Assembly: GCA_000708835.1 (NCBI GenBank)
Contig: DF236979.1
Location: 1-64,000 of the forward strand
Source of the DNA: Klebsormidium nitens
Taxonomy: Eukaryota > Plantae > Klebsormidiophyceae
Direction of reading: 5' to 3'
DNA: 64,000 nucleotides
The position numbers were made by a program, and so were the translations under genes. This document shows positions 33,939 to 48,092 of this stretch, one piece after another; positions within the stretch are counted from its first letter, which is position 1; every line of letters starts with the position of its first letter. The notes under the pieces are model-generated. The model made no database searches. It was not told the DNA's origin and worked only from the letters and a program-made list of their open reading frames with translations.

Positions 33939-36900
33939 ATGGCAGCGCGGTGCGGATCAGCATTGCTTGCACATGCTGGAGCTTCGGGTGTCGTCTCAAA
34001 AGTTGCAGCCTGCTGTGGAAAGAAACCCTTGTCAAATTGTACATTGCCATCAGATTCCGCCTTCGTTGGTTCCCTCCGGGCTCGGTCAAATTTTGCAACT
34101 CAGGCGCCACCACTTGTTCTGCTCAGCCGTCAGCTGCGGACCGTTGCAACGCAAACGCTGCACAATCCAGAGGGTTTGCTGCGGGAGGTCCATCTCAGCA
34201 GACGCACGTGCATTGTGGGGGGCACTTCCATCGTCGCGCTAGCGGGACCTCTGCTCGGGCCGCACAAGATGGTGGCGTCCGCTGCTAGTTCAGGGGAAAG
34301 TAAGGGTAGAATTCTCAACTTGTGTTTTGAGTGCTTGTTGCAGGATGCAGCATGTCTTGCAGAGTATCATAATTGGCAAGATGCCAAGTGCCAACTAGGA
34401 TTTGTCAGGCTGCCCCATCTCAATTGAGAACAAAAGTCTGAAAAGTAAATCCTTCTTGATACTTTTGGAGCCCCAACGAGCTGAAACCTTTTCAATACTG
34501 TCTAAGCGCCAAACGTAGTCCAGCACTAAACCCGGCGGTGCATTTCAATCAACTCTTATTGCTGTCCCCTTATGTCCTGTGCAAAATGTATTTTAGAAAG
34601 TGTTTGTCCATTCCACCACCGATGGGTTCTGGCTAGGTTTGGGGCCGACCAGGTTGCATGTCATTCAATCTATCAAGTCAGGGAACACGACACCCATGAT
34701 TATACATGATTATACAAGATAGCGGCTTTGTCTGCACCTGCAGGCGCAAGCATTCCTGCTCCTCCTAGGGCTAAGAAAGTCCCGTACAAGCTGCCGGTCA
34801 TCCATGGGGATGAGAGGGAGGACCCGTACTACTGGCTGCGAGACGACAAGCGAGAGGATCCGGAGGTGCGCCCCTGAGCACTTGCTATGCTCCAGATTCA
34901 GCACCTTTCCCTGTTCTGACCATTTCCATGTTTAGATAGGGTGTCCACTGCTTACTGACCATCTGAACACTCCTGAGTCATCAGTCTCTTCACGGATGGG
35001 CAGGCTGCCTTTGGTCTGCTTGTGCAACTATGTAAGCAGTTACTTCGTTTTGCTGCTTGATAATCATGTGTCGTCCCTGATCGATTGATGGAATGCTGAA
35101 TTCAGCTGATCTTTTCAACCGAGCTGACTCTGACGGTTTTAGAAAACACAACCAGCTTTGCCCAAAAGCTTACGCAAGTTTGTTAAGTAACACCATGCAT
35201 CTGTTTAGCAAGAGATCAATTGCAATTGAAGAGAGTTTTTGTGTTACTTTGCATAGTTCTAACTTTCCGAATTTATCAGGCGCAGGAAAGGAGTGGCAGT
35301 AAGAAACAAAGCTGTGGCAACGGTAAAATGAACAAACAAGACAACATTGAAGCCATGTTCAAACGACAATATTCAACCAACATCCATGACAATATTCAAC
35401 ATTCACAAGAGAGCATTCAAGCAGTCGAACAGGTTAGAGCAAGAAGCTTTGGCCGAAAAGCTTTCTTGCTTTTGCAGGTCCTTAGCCACATCCAAGCCGA
35501 GAATGAGTACACTCAGGCGGTCATGGCTGACTCCAAGGACCTCCAAGAGACGCTATACAAGGAGATGCGGGGCAGGATCAAGGAGGAAGATCAAAGTGTG
35601 CCGCTGAGGAAGGGGCCGTTCTTCTACTACAAGCGGACAGAAGAAGGGAAACAGTACAGCGTGCACTGCAGGTAGGGAGCAAAGCGGGTTCTGTATGGAG
35701 GAGGGTTCTCGGTTGTCTTCGTGGTGTGTCTTAATCGAAGCCTTTTGACGATATTAAGTGGTAAACTGGGGAAGTTTCAGGAACCCCCGTCATCGATTTT
35801 GCATCTGTCAGTCCTAGGCGTTTAGAAGCTTGTAACATCGAAGTAGGTTCTAGGGAGACAGAGCAACGAGTGGCGTTCATAAGGTCAAAACCACACACGG
35901 TAGGCTTCACTATTGTTAATCTGAACATAGCCCCACCTGCTTCGGCCAGCTGTTGTTTTTCCAAGACACAAACATAGGAAGTTTCATCAACAGGAGGAAG
36001 ATCGCCGCTGGCGAGGGCCCTGGCTCTCTGGAAGAGACGCTTGAGAGCGCGGCCGCCAACGAGGCTGAGGAGATTCTTCTGGACGAAAACGAGGAGTCGA
36101 AGAAGTCGGAGTTTTACCAAGTGCGCGGTTTCAAGATCAGCCCCAACCACAAGCTGCTGGCATACGCAGAGGACACCGTGGGCGGGGAGAAGTACACGCT
36201 GCACATTAAGGTGGGTGGAACACCCCGACTGGCCAAATGGTTCCTGTTCTGTCATCTGCTCGTGATTTCTCATTGGGTGTGAAGCTCACGAGAAAATGCG
36301 TCGCTGCTGGCTAGGCTGTTGACGCATCTGCGATCTAGGAGAGGAACCGTTGAAAGAAGCTGGATTGTTACCTGGGCCGTCTGCACTCACATTACGTACC
36401 GTACCAACACCTTCAGTTTTTTCGTCCGTGTATAATCATCATTTGATGTTGGTAAGTGAGGGATAAAGATTCTCAAACGTCTGCGGCCTCTTTGCACTTA
36501 CACCGTTTTCTGATCTTTGACTTCTGCTTAAGGCGATTTTTAGATTGGATTCTACGGAGACGGAGTCTGCCGGCAACGCACATTGGGATGTGCTGCGCTC
36601 GGGTCCCTGTCTTAAACCGCTTCTGATGACTGTCCTTACCAGGTTCACACGCCTCTTGTAAGTTTATTGCGAAGTTCAGGAAGTCGGTCAGGACGGGGAT
36701 TGTCGGCACAGTGATCGAGCATAACAGTTAAAACACTTCGAGACACCAATAGCACGAAGTATGCGGACAATATTGAACAAGGGAGCTTGCTGGTCTGTGC
36801 AGGACCTTGCGTCGGGCCAGGAGTTACTGACGAAGCCCATCAGCGACTTGAGCGGGTCTGTGGTCTGGGCGAACGACAACGAGACCCTGTTCTATACCAC

Positions 36901-39900
36901 CAAAGACCACCTTGACCGGCCTTTCAAAGTCAGTGCTCCGGTTTGTCATTTGTAAGTTGGAGTCAGGCGGCGTTTGAGGCAGTAGTGAGCGTGCCGAGCG
37001 GGCGACAGAAGTGGCTGATTAGGATTCGCTTGTGAAGAACTCAATCAGCTAGTATTTGCGAACCTTAGGCTACTGCGACGAAGGGAACTTGTCTTGGGAA
37101 CTCCCGACAAGAGTTTTGAGCGAGTCGGCTCAGTGTCTGCAAGGTACTGCAGACGCGAATAACAGAATTCATAGGCTCCAGATAGCGAACCCATTGCATT
37201 GCTCGACCATCTCAATCCTTTCAGGCTAGAAGCTCGAAACACCTACGAGGTAGGTTCCTAAACCCTAACATCGAGATGAATGCTCGGAATTACGGAGTGT
37301 GAAGTCTCACTTTTCATTGGCACCGATTACTTTGCAGCTTTGGCGGCACAAAGTCGGAACGGACCCCTCAGAAGACGCCCTGGTCTTTCACGAAGAAGAT
37401 GACGCCTTTTACCTTGGCCTCGGGAAGACGGAGAGCGACCGGTACATTATCGTCTCGCCCGGGAGCGCAGTCACCAGCAATGCGCTGTTCCTCGATGCCG
37501 ATAAACCCGAGGGGGAGCTGCAGATGCTGACGCCCCGCGTGCAGAACGTGGAAGTCAACGTGAGTAGTTTGGCGGGCAGTAGCGACCAGAAGCTCGACTG
37601 CTCACTGCCCGTTTTACAACCTTCTCTCTCTCTAACCTGCTTCCTTCGGTGCTTTTAACAGTTGATTGTATTGCGAATCCATTGACCCGGTGTTGGTCTG
37701 TTGAAATAGTCTCTCTTTCCGCTCTCGCTTCTCCCTCGCGCGCATAAGGGCCTCTTCCACGTTTATCCACGTGAGCGCTCATAGTGCGAAAGCAACAACC
37801 AAGGCGTTGTCCTCGAAACGCCCAAAGAGCCAGGCAACTACTTTTCCCAATAAAATTGCTCTTAGAGCGTTTTTGGATGCATGTTCACGAGCATCTGCAA
37901 TTTCAATTGAGCGACGTGTACGCTTCAATAAACTGTGAAAGTGTCTTGCAAGTGGGATTACAGCGGTGCAACTTTTTTCTGTTTGGCTACCACGAAGACG
38001 ATGACTTTGTCAATCTCATCAGCTTTTACCACCTCCTCTTCTTGCTTCGACAACGGTACCTTGGACATCCCTGCAGGTAACCCACAGCGGCGGCCACTTC
38101 TTAATTACGCGTCGCAGCGAGGAGCTCTTCAACTCCGAGCTTCTGGTGGCGCCCGTTACCGACCCCACCGCCTCACGAACCCTCCTTCCCCACGACCCCA
38201 GGTACGGCGCCGCTCAAAGCATAATGATTTTGTGAAGCCTTTTTCTCGTGTCGTGCCTGTCGTCGTGCTTGTGTTTCCAGTTTTCATTGACTGCTGATTC
38301 GTTGACTCTGAATCCGCCCGTTTGGTTTCTGTCTGGTGTGTATGCCTGCAGCCCCACTCCTTCGGTGGTTCCGAGAAGAGAATCGGAAGCAGAAGTTTAG
38401 TTTGGTCCAGCATTATGTCTGCCCGACGAGAGGGGACGGATGAGCGCTTTTCCCGATCTCAATCGCTTCACCAGCATCTATCGTGAAAAGGGAATTTTGT
38501 CGTTTCTCGATACGCTTTTGTGTACGCCACGAAGTATCTGGCTCGTGCTGGCAATGATGAGCAAGGTAATGGGCTTTGATTCGGCCCAGTTTGGGATACG
38601 GCTTTCCAAAGCCAGCTCGTCAGGGCAAATCTAGGAGTGGTATGTCTGCCGCAGCATGAGCGATTCCTTTCTCAGTTTTGAAGAATCGATGGTCTGCTTT
38701 TGTCTATTGGGGCTTCTGGCCCGTATGTGCGTTTACACGACTGTTTGGATTTGTAAATGGTCGTCCCTTTCCCAACACAATCTTGCGTGCCTAAACGAGT
38801 GGGATTGCTTGAGAAGAGGTGGCAGTATTAGCCAGGAGTTTTCATGAGCAGGAACGTAACTCGATGAAGATTAGTGTGCGCCTCATGATAGGCGACCGTC
38901 AGCTCTGCAACGTGCCAAAGAGCTAGATGTCAGGCTTAACTACTTATTTATGTATATCAGCCAGCAGCGATAAAGACCACGATACATCGGGGCGTCTGCC
39001 TCGTTCATGTCGTACACTCCTACATAACTCCGTTTTGTAAGGTGCTATCGAAGAATCTCAGAAGGCTCAGTGGCCGTCCCACTGTCGGGGGTGGATAATG
39101 CAGGACGGGACCTGGCCTATTGTGAATGTCGGTTAGATAGTCAAAACAACTTCTGTTGTTCGTTGCCTTCGCTAGCTCCCCTCGATTTTAACCCTAGGGC
39201 TCCGCTTGAAAGCACCAGCTTTCGCATCTTCTTTGGATTTTTCCTGTCCTTTGGGCCAGGGTACATTGTTTTGCGATTGTGGTTCAGATCAGACGGCCCC
39301 AACACGGAAGAACAAGCTCTGATCGGGCTATTTTGTACAGCAAGCCCCTATAGCCATTGGGTCGCGAAATTCCTATTGGTCTGTCTCAGTTTCAGTTCCA
39401 GTTGGTCTGTTTCAGCTCTCAGTTCGTCTTGCGCGAATGTTTCAACTTTGTAGGAGCTCTTATTGGGGCCGGTAATCAAGCTTGGTGGTGTTGAATTAAA
39501 CAAAATTGGTACTCGTTTCTGTGGAGGTTAGTACACTTGACCTCAAGCTGGATTGGTCTGACTCCTTGAGGTGATTAAGCAGTAGCTTGAGTGCAACGAC
39601 GATGAGCGCACTGGGAAAGGCGCCCACATGCAAACTTATCGGTCTTGTAACGAAGTCAGCGGGTTCAGGGGCTTTTCCGGCGTGAACAAGAGCGTGCGCG
39701 CCAGGCTGCTCGCCCGATCCCGGTGCTTTCTGCCGTTTTGACTTGACCAGCCTCTGGTAGCAAACACGAGTGGTTCCTCGATAGAGGTGCCGGCCTATGT
39801 TGTCACCCCTTTTTCCACCCAGGAGAAGTATGCGCTGGTTCATCATGGGCTTACCGTTCTGAGCCGATTCATTGGAGCCTTTTGTGCTTCTTCGACAAAC

Positions 39901-42900
39901 TGATTTGAACAGCTGCTCAATGACCACCTCCAAGCACCTTGTAAGTCAGCACCTGTTTCCGAGATAATAGGATTCAGATTTCAGAGGGATATTGAGCCGC
40001 CTGGCCTTGAGTTGTATCAGCTACAATAATTGTGACGCACTCAGAAGCTTTTTCTGTCCAGTACTATTGGCGGCTGTGCTTTTACGTCTGCAACTCGGGC
40101 TACTGAAAGCGAGTGTATACTTTTTTGCGATGATCTTACACATACGTTTACGGCTTATCTTGCAAGGAAAGTCTCGCAAAAATGTCATGCATTTGTTTCT
40201 GCCGGCTGTTGGCAGTGTATGCAGCGGCAGCGATGAGGAGCAATCTGACGTTCTACGTCATCCCTCAGCGTCCATCCTGAGCCGTCTTAGGAGGTCAGGC
40301 CTTAGAGGCAACATAATCTGTCGCGGTACTGACCGTCATCCACAGCAGAAAAGTGCAGAGTGGGAAACCTACGTGGTGACGATGACGTTGCAATCGGCCA
40401 ATGGTCGGCGTTTTGAAGGCTGAGTGATGCTCAAGGGGACGATGGGACCCTTCCACTGAAGTCGGACGTTTGTTGGAAAATTTGCTGTGGCCAGCCGAGG
40501 CTCCGATGGTTGTGTTGGACATCTCTTCCGGCACCTGACTCACACGTGTTGCTCATCGGAAAATGCGCTTGCGTACAGCCGTATCAAGAGAATCAAAGTT
40601 TTGGGCATTCTTATGTTGCGTGGACTGGGGCCATAATGGAAACGCTTGGGGCTTTACCACCGATTGAGAGACTCGCAATGGAACAAAGCCCACTGCTTGG
40701 ATAGTGAGGAGTTAATCTTGGCATACTTAAACCGCTATTTCCGATTCTTGAAATCCGTACAGTGTCCTGTACGAAAGCGTTCCAACTTCCTCGTCCATGT
40801 AGAGGCTGCTTGAGCTTCAGTGACAATTTTCTGAAGCAACGTTCACCCCACCCCTGTCTTGTATTGTACTCTTATGTAAGGTTAAGTTTACGCTTGTTCC
40901 CTGTATAAGCGTTTTTAATCTGCATACCTGATTCCACCCAGCGCCTCGACCCACCATCTTTCGAGGCCAGAGTATTGGCTGCCGCGATCTCAGCTCTTGC
41001 CCCTTGGTACTGAAGTCCGTTGGTACTTAAGAGTGGCTCGCAAAACACACTGCGCAAGCCTGCAATCTTGCATCCTGAAAACCACAGGATGTATCACCAT
41101 GAATTTTGGATTCTCGCAGCCTCGGAACCTTTCTGGGTCTGTCTTGCATAGACCTTTTAAAAGCAGGAGCCCCAAGAGTCGAGTTTCTCCTCGTGAAACA
41201 CTCGTACCGTAAATGTTTCAGACGGGCTGGGAAAGCATTGGTTAGTTATTCTGTATTGTCTCGACGCTTGACGTTGCCAGCGAAGAGCGGCTATGAAAGC
41301 CTCTCGAGGTTTGACCTCAAGATGGGTTCTATCTGCTGAGCCGCTGCCAACAATTGAGGCCTATTGCATTAGATTAATCTGCAGGCACCACTGGTAGCTT
41401 ACCTTATCAGGGCACTTGTAGGCCGTTCCTCCTGCTGAAAGCTACGTATGCCGCACCCCAGAGCGACTCCTGGTGCTTATTGCACGACGTGATCAGGAGC
41501 GAGACTGCTTTCTGTTACTGATGGGCCGGCTTCTCAGCGTCTGTTAAGAGTGCTCTGCTGTTATTCTCAACGCTACTAAATCAGAGGCAATACGGTTTGA
41601 CATGACGCCGCCTACTCGCTATCCTGATATGAAGAGACCTTGCCCTGGTGAGGCGCTTGGTTGGATTTGTACAGCGCGTTAAAGCTTGGTTCCTTTCAAT
41701 AAAGTCGTCAGTTTGTTATCTGTAACTGATTTGAGTCTGATGGTCCACTTCAGGTTTGGCGATGATGGGGAAGATAGATTGAGATAGATCTCAGATTCCG
41801 TTTCTCCTTGACACGAGGCCGGTTTGACAGCGGGAAAAGGGTGTCAATTGTCTTCTTTATCTTGGGCCTGATGCTCCACGTCAGGACTGGCAATGACGCG
41901 AACTGATGTGAGACTGATTTCAGATCCGTCCATCCCATATAAGGCCGTCTCGACAGCGGAAAACTTCCCTACTCATTGCAAAGTTGATGCACCATTTTGC
42001 TTCTACTATCTCCGCAAAACGGTTTTCCTTCATTGAAACCGAGAAATTGCGTGGCCGCAGAAAGCACCAAAGCTTCCCATCTTCACCGTTCTGGTCAGAG
42101 GGACATTAAAACGCTGAAGCTTTCCGGAGTCTGTCAACATACCTTTTTTTCTGAATGCAGCGCGCGCCTTGATGACGTCGAGCCTTTCGAGCGCCACATC
42201 GCGATCTTCGCCCGCGACTGCCAATCCGGTCTAACCACCATCACAGTCTACGATCTTCCGGAGAGCGGACAACCGTTGGAGACGCTCCCCGAGGGGCGGA
42301 AGATCCAGTTCGACGAGTCGGCGTTCTCGCTGGAACCGGAAAGCTCGCAGTTCAAGTCGCACATTCTGCGCTTCGGATACACGTCGCTCAAGACGCCTTA
42401 TTCGGTGAGTGCGACGATCATTGTAAGGGACGATCGAAGGTCGGCGACGTTTTGCCTGAGCAGCCCCCGCAACGATGCCCGTTGGGTTCTGCATCAAGAA
42501 AGGGGCTTGCTTATAGGCTAAAGACGGTGACTCTCTTTTCCTGATGTGATTGCGCTTTTTCCATGACGTGCCCATGGACTTCCTGTACGCAAAGGTAGCG
42601 TAATACCAGACTGAGCGGATTGCGAGCCGTTGGGACCGAAAGCTACTATGGTCGGAATTAGTACCTACTGTTGCCAGGTAGTTTGTCCGTCCTGCCACTG
42701 AAATGCTTGCCTTGTCCCCCCCTCTGTTCCAAGCTCTGGGCACAGCTTTTACTGGCCCCGTCTTGCTCCTTGTGGTTGACATTGACTGCTAACCAGGCTC
42801 CCGACCCTTTCAACCCAGCTCGAATCCGCCAACACTTATTTGCTTCTCGGGTGCGTACCTGAATTTTTCGTGGCAAAAGCAAGAGTTCTGGTGCTTGAGG

Positions 42901-45900
42901 ATTGCAGCTTAAGAACGTGGGCGACGCGATAATCTGTTCCTTGTGCAGACGTACGACTACGATTTGACAACTGGCGAGCGTGCGCTGAAGAAGGTGCAGC
43001 CGGTGCTGGGCGGCTTCGACCCAGCCAAGTACCGGACAGCCCGCGTGTGGGCGACCTCCGAAGATGGGACCAAAGTGCCCATCTCGCTGGTCTGGCAAAA
43101 CAGGTCAGCAGCGGACTGTACTACTTGACCGTAGACACTCTTTCCGAAGTGCCCATCTCGCTGGTCTGGCAAAACAGGTGAGGCGGAGAACTGTAATAGT
43201 TACCCGTAGACACTATTTCCCGAAATGCCCAGCTCGCTGGTGTGGCAAAACAGGAGTGGTCTGCGATCTCATGCAAGGTACAAGCATAGAAACATGGAGT
43301 GCACCCGATCCGTCCTTTAGACACCAAGAAGAACTCTTGCGCTTCCCTTAAGTGCGGTCCCACGAATCAAGCCTCTGGTTGTCTTTCCGCTGTTCTAAAG
43401 TTTGAATACGTACAACGGATTGCAGTGCCCATGCGTTGGTCTGGCAGAACAGGCAAGCGAAGAATTGCACCAGGTAGTCTACGTTCTGCAGCACGCCACG
43501 AGCTTGAAAGCAGATAGAAGAAAGACCCAAATCAAAGAAATAAAACCCTCGGACGGCCTACGTTGTTCTCATCTGCGTTCGCTCCTTCAAAGCAGGCGTC
43601 GGGCTGTCTCTGCTGTCCTGGACTTTAAAACTCGTGCAAAGAAGTCTGTCAAGTCTTTCACAGTGCATTCTGATCGTTTGGAGTGAGGATGAAGTACGGC
43701 AGCCTTAAGTGCTTAACTTCTTTTTTACCCCCTTCACAGGGAGGGGTCGAGCGACGCTCACCCCGGCGCTCCAGGACCGCTCCATCTATACGGCTACGGC
43801 AGCTACGAGATCCCGATCGACGCCTCGTTCAGTGCGAACAGGTGAGGGCCAGGGCGCATTCAGATGACGTCCATTCAGGCTTCGTCGATATTTGGAAGTC
43901 TAACTACTTGCTTAATCTTGATTTTACCAGGGGCTGCAACTTGGGCTTTTTGGGCTTTGCTGAGTACGCTTGAGAGCCCGAATCCCGTCTCAAGGATAGC
44001 CTTTTTCCCGTGACATTCTCGGATTCCGCCTCTACAAGCCCGCTGATTGCATTGAAGCACTCCAACTGTCCAGGTCTTTAGTCATTGTAAAAGTCTCGAC
44101 GGCTGTTGGCGGGTGAAAGGCAACATTGTTCGCAGAAATCCAGCGCATTTGCTACTGTCGATTTGGTACCCTGACTCCGAGAATTCTCACCGCTACCCAA
44201 AGATGCATGTGCTACCATGCTTCCCCGCTGCTTAGATATCATTGTGCCTGTTGCTGGTCGCGTGGCTCTTTCTCACCGGGCTTTCGCTCATCTCGGAGTT
44301 CTCAAACCCCAACCCCGAGAACCATACCTATAGTTGCCCAAGCGAGCGCTAGTGAACCTTTTGTAGCATACTTGTCACTTGTCCCGTTTCCCTGCTGCGA
44401 TCTTTCCTGGATTCTCTGAAAAAGCCTACAATATTCATTTAGTGCGAAGCCTAATCCAAACAGTCATTTCTCAAATCTACCCTCGCTCCCGTTTCCCTAA
44501 GCCTGAAAGTAACCTCTTAAAAATCTGCCTTTATTAACCTTTTTCTTCACCTCCAGGCTTGCGTTGATTGACCGGGGGGTGACGTTCGCGATCGCCCACA
44601 TCCGGGGGGGCGGCGATCTGGGCCGTAAGTGGTACGAGAACGGCAAGTACCTGCACAAGAAGAACACCTTCGTGGACTTTGTGTCCGCAGCGGAGCACTT
44701 GATCAAAGACAAGTGGACGACGCCAAACCAGCTGTCTATAGAGGTGAGCTTGCTTCCGTCAGGATTGGGTTTGTCCTGGATTCGGCTTCGAACCGCGTGA
44801 TCATTTTTGTCGTTTCAGGTGGCAAAGTGGCAAAGAATGAGCCATTTTGAAACCGAAAACTGAGTGATTTGAACAGCTGGGGTGCGGCCAGATGTACGTC
44901 TGCCAATCAGCTCAATGTGGCCGCTTATTTTGCAAGCGAGCACTATTTTGCGGTGTCAGGGTTCGCATTCCATCAGTGCAATGTTCAAGTAACTTAAGTA
45001 TGCAGCGCCACTCCTCCGAGGTATCTCGTTCATTTCCCTTCAAAGATCGCGTCTGGGGTAGGCGTTCGACCCTTACACTTCTCCTCGGGGGGAATTCCCA
45101 AGCAAAAGACTTTTTGCCGCACCTCCTCGCTACTAACTCTGCAGCTTTCCCAAACGAGGGACCCATCCACGGCTTGATTAGACACGGTCAGAGGCACGAT
45201 TGACGTTGTTACACCACGTGGTGACTTTGCTTGAGTGTTCTCCGTGAATCTCACAGATGGGTCTCGCTACAGGGGGTATCGGATCAGCGCCACTTTCAAC
45301 CTCCGATCCCGCCAGACTCTCTCGCAGTCGGCCAGACTTTTGTTTCTCTCGGCTCTGCTTCGAGTTTACCATCCAGATCCTCGTTGTTCGCGAACAGCGC
45401 TTCAAACGGCAATGGCTTTTCGCGCTTCAGATAGTTACTTCCGGCGTTCCTTGCCGCAGGGTCGATCGGCGGGTGGGCTCCTGATCGGCGCCACGCTCAA
45501 CCTGCGCCCCGACCTGTTCCAAGCCGCGTTGGCCGGGGTTCCGTTCGTCGACGTTCTGACGACGATGCTGGACCCGACCATTCCGCTGACGACGATCGAG
45601 TGGGAGGAGTGGGGCAACCCGCAGGAAGAAGAGTACTACCGGTACATGAAGAGCTACTCACCGATTGACAACGTGAAAGCGGCGGAGTATCCGAACGTGC
45701 TGGTCACGGCGGGGCTGCACGATCCACGGTGAGAACAGGCTCTTTGCGGTGGTGAGAATGGGCGCCTTGCTGCGGTGGGAACAGGCACTGCGTGTTCTTC
45801 GGGATTTTGAGGCGCCATGAGATGGGTAGATCGAGTTGGCTGGATTTAGCTGTTCTTGGTATTGAGGTGTTATGTTGCTGACGAACTCATCAGGAATGCA

Positions 45901-46817
45901 AAGAGTTCTTGAGAGCATTGAAGACCAGCCCTTTCTTTTTCAACGAATCTCAGTAGCGGGTATTATTGATTGTTTCGTTGCGGCTCCTCCCTGAGACCCG
46001 GCTGTAAGCGGGTCTAAGTGTGCCAAGCTTCTGCGGCTCTTTATTGCGCTTCAGTTGAGCATGTCAAGATAACTTCAAGGTAGTCTAAGGTGAACGCATT
46101 CATTTGCGATGGAGGACGGATCAACCAGGATTGCAATCCATTCGCGACGAAGACGACAGAACCAGGGTACTGTCAGTCTTTCGCAGCAACATTGATATTC
46201 GACGCTCTTGTTACGGTTTTTCTCTCCTGCCTAAGTAAATCTGTCGGGAAAAACGCATTCTGTCCTCGTTTCCGACGGTTTCTCTTTCTTCCCTGAGACA
46301 ACTTTGTCGAAAATAACGGGTCATCCTCGTTTCCAGGGTCGGTTACTGGGAGCCCGCCAAGTGGGTGGCGAAACTTCGGGAAGCGAAGACGGACGACCGG
46401 CTGCTGATGTTCAAGTGCGACACGGGCGCTGGGCACTTCTCCAAGTCTGGCAGGTCAGCGGACTGCCTGAGCTTTTCTTTCTCGAGCATAGAAGGGTCAC
46501 ATCTCGCATCACGAAGATGCCTTGATTGTCTGTTTAGCCCACCACAGTTAGGACCGAAAAGTTGCTCAGCGTCGTGCTCGTCTTTGCTATCTCAAGTCAC
46601 TATGCGAAATCTTCTCAGTATTGACGCGCCTCAGCAAGTTGTCCAGGGTGTCCACTCTTTTTCGCAGAGTGATCCGCTCCATGTTGCCCATCCCGGATGG
46701 TAAAAGCTGCCTGTGTTCTTTCGCAGGTTTGATAAACTCCAAGAAACAGCCTTCGAGTACGCCTTTTTACTCAAATGCCTGGGCGTCGCGCCATCCGCGA
46801 GCGACTCGAAGTTGTGA
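33939..46817 (+). CDS. OPB: Oligopeptidase B (protease II, S9A family), 843 aa, with N-terminal presequence and C-terminal SKL
   Basis: 14 exons: 33939-34299, 34744-34865, 35478-35671, 35994-36210, 36803-36928, 37338-37559, 38077-38201, 42161-42404, 42949-43103, 43740-43841, 44557-44743, 45460-45728, 46337-46453, 46727-46817, all phases consistent. Motifs [25 protein letters not shown]; catalytic GRSAGG (Ser), HDPRV (Asp), AGHF (His); OPB-type [11 protein letters not shown]. Confidence 0.95.
43073..43253 (+). repeat. ~75-bp tandem repeat copying the 3' end of OPB exon 9 plus its donor site (3 copies; a 4th diverged copy at ~43425-43457)
   Basis: (a/g)tgccca(t/g)ctcgctggt(c/g)tggcaaaacagg starts at 43075, 43149 and 43225, with ccgtagacact(c/a)ttt in the first two units. 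Confidence 0.9.
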
Positions 46818-48092
46818 ACGTGGTAATGTGGTCTCTCTTCAGTCGATGCAACTAGTTCACGAGAGGAGATAAGACGATGATCATTTTTGCTAGATGGTGG
46901 CAATGGCAAATAATACATTCACGCGGCCCTTCACCATGTCCATGTGTCATCCACAGTGAACAATCGTCTCGTATGTGATGACTAGCTAGAATTGCAGACT
47001 TGTTGAGGGCACGATTTTGGGGTGCCGCCTCCACCATGCAGGAACCACTTATAAGTCCGTACTATAATAGAATGCGAGCTGAATCTCATTTGATTGAAGG
47101 CGACGCACATGTGCTGCCGCTGATTGGCTGATCAAGAGCTGAACTTGTACAGTCGAGAATCTTCATAAGCTTCATATTTTCTCATGCTTCGTATACGTAT
47201 ATTGGCCTGCCGTCGCTACTCAAATGCAGCTGCATACTGTCTTTCAGATAAGGTGGTACTAGCTATTTGCTCGTCAGAGAAAGTTTTGAAGATGGAACGT
47301 AGCAAACGTGACTACGTCCATGGCAGTTGCAGGGCAGTTGCGTAATTGCGAATCGCCCCTGGAGGCTGGAGCACTGCAGCTTTTGCTTCTTGTCTGATCT
47401 TTGTGCATCATGGATTGCCAGCACAAGGAGCCTGAAGTTCAATGTGGCGGGTAGGCCGCAGGCGCTGCTGTTGTGCAAAAAAATGTCAGCTACGACAAGT
47501 AGGACTGACGAGGAGCAACAGCTGTTGTTGGTCGGTGGATCAAACCGGTCGTAGTGGAAACCCACGCGTGGGGACAGCTTCTGTCGTCGGTGCGCTCAGT
47601 CGGGGGAAACAGATAGTTATCCTCTAGCGTCAAAGAATCGTACCTCCGTTAATTTGGTCAACTTGAATTCCTAGATTTCAAATGCAAGGATCTTCATTTG
47701 AGGAGCTTGCCCTCGGGAGGAAAGGCGCCATTTTGCAGGTGCCAGAAAGTAGGTAGAAGGTTTAGTGTGGAGAGTTGCAGCTGCAATTCACAAACCAGCA
47801 AAGCTTAGGGAGTTGGTAAGGATGACAAGAACCAGATTGTTTGGTCAAAGAGGAGGATGCTTTGGCCCCAACTTTGATGACCATTGATGGGACAGATTAC
47901 TTGTTATGCCCATTTGTAGGTTGTCTCCTGGCTCTTTGATGTAGAGAGGTGCTTTGGCTTGGAACATAGCTTGCACGCAGCATCCGGTATTTATCTCCAA
48001 CTGTTGGAGGTGCATTCTCCTGACTAGGCACGCTGCTTCTCATGTTTAGGAAAAAAACGGATATAGGATTTGGTGAGTTGTGGAGGTAGAGA

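Noticed and set aside
33021-34113. Long ORFs spanning the N run
   Set aside because: Artefacts of translating the assembly gap.
35220-35477. Signal-peptide-like start ([14 protein letters not shown]..) in frame with OPB exon 3
   Set aside because: It lies within intron 2. A good acceptor at 35477 joins in phase with exon 2, and nothing else supports an alternative first exon.
37259-37268. Telomere-like TAAACCCTAA
   Set aside because: A single unit in an intron, not an array.
43073-43253. Possible CRISPR or coding repeat
   Set aside because: It is a copy of an exon end and donor site inside an intron, with in-frame stops.
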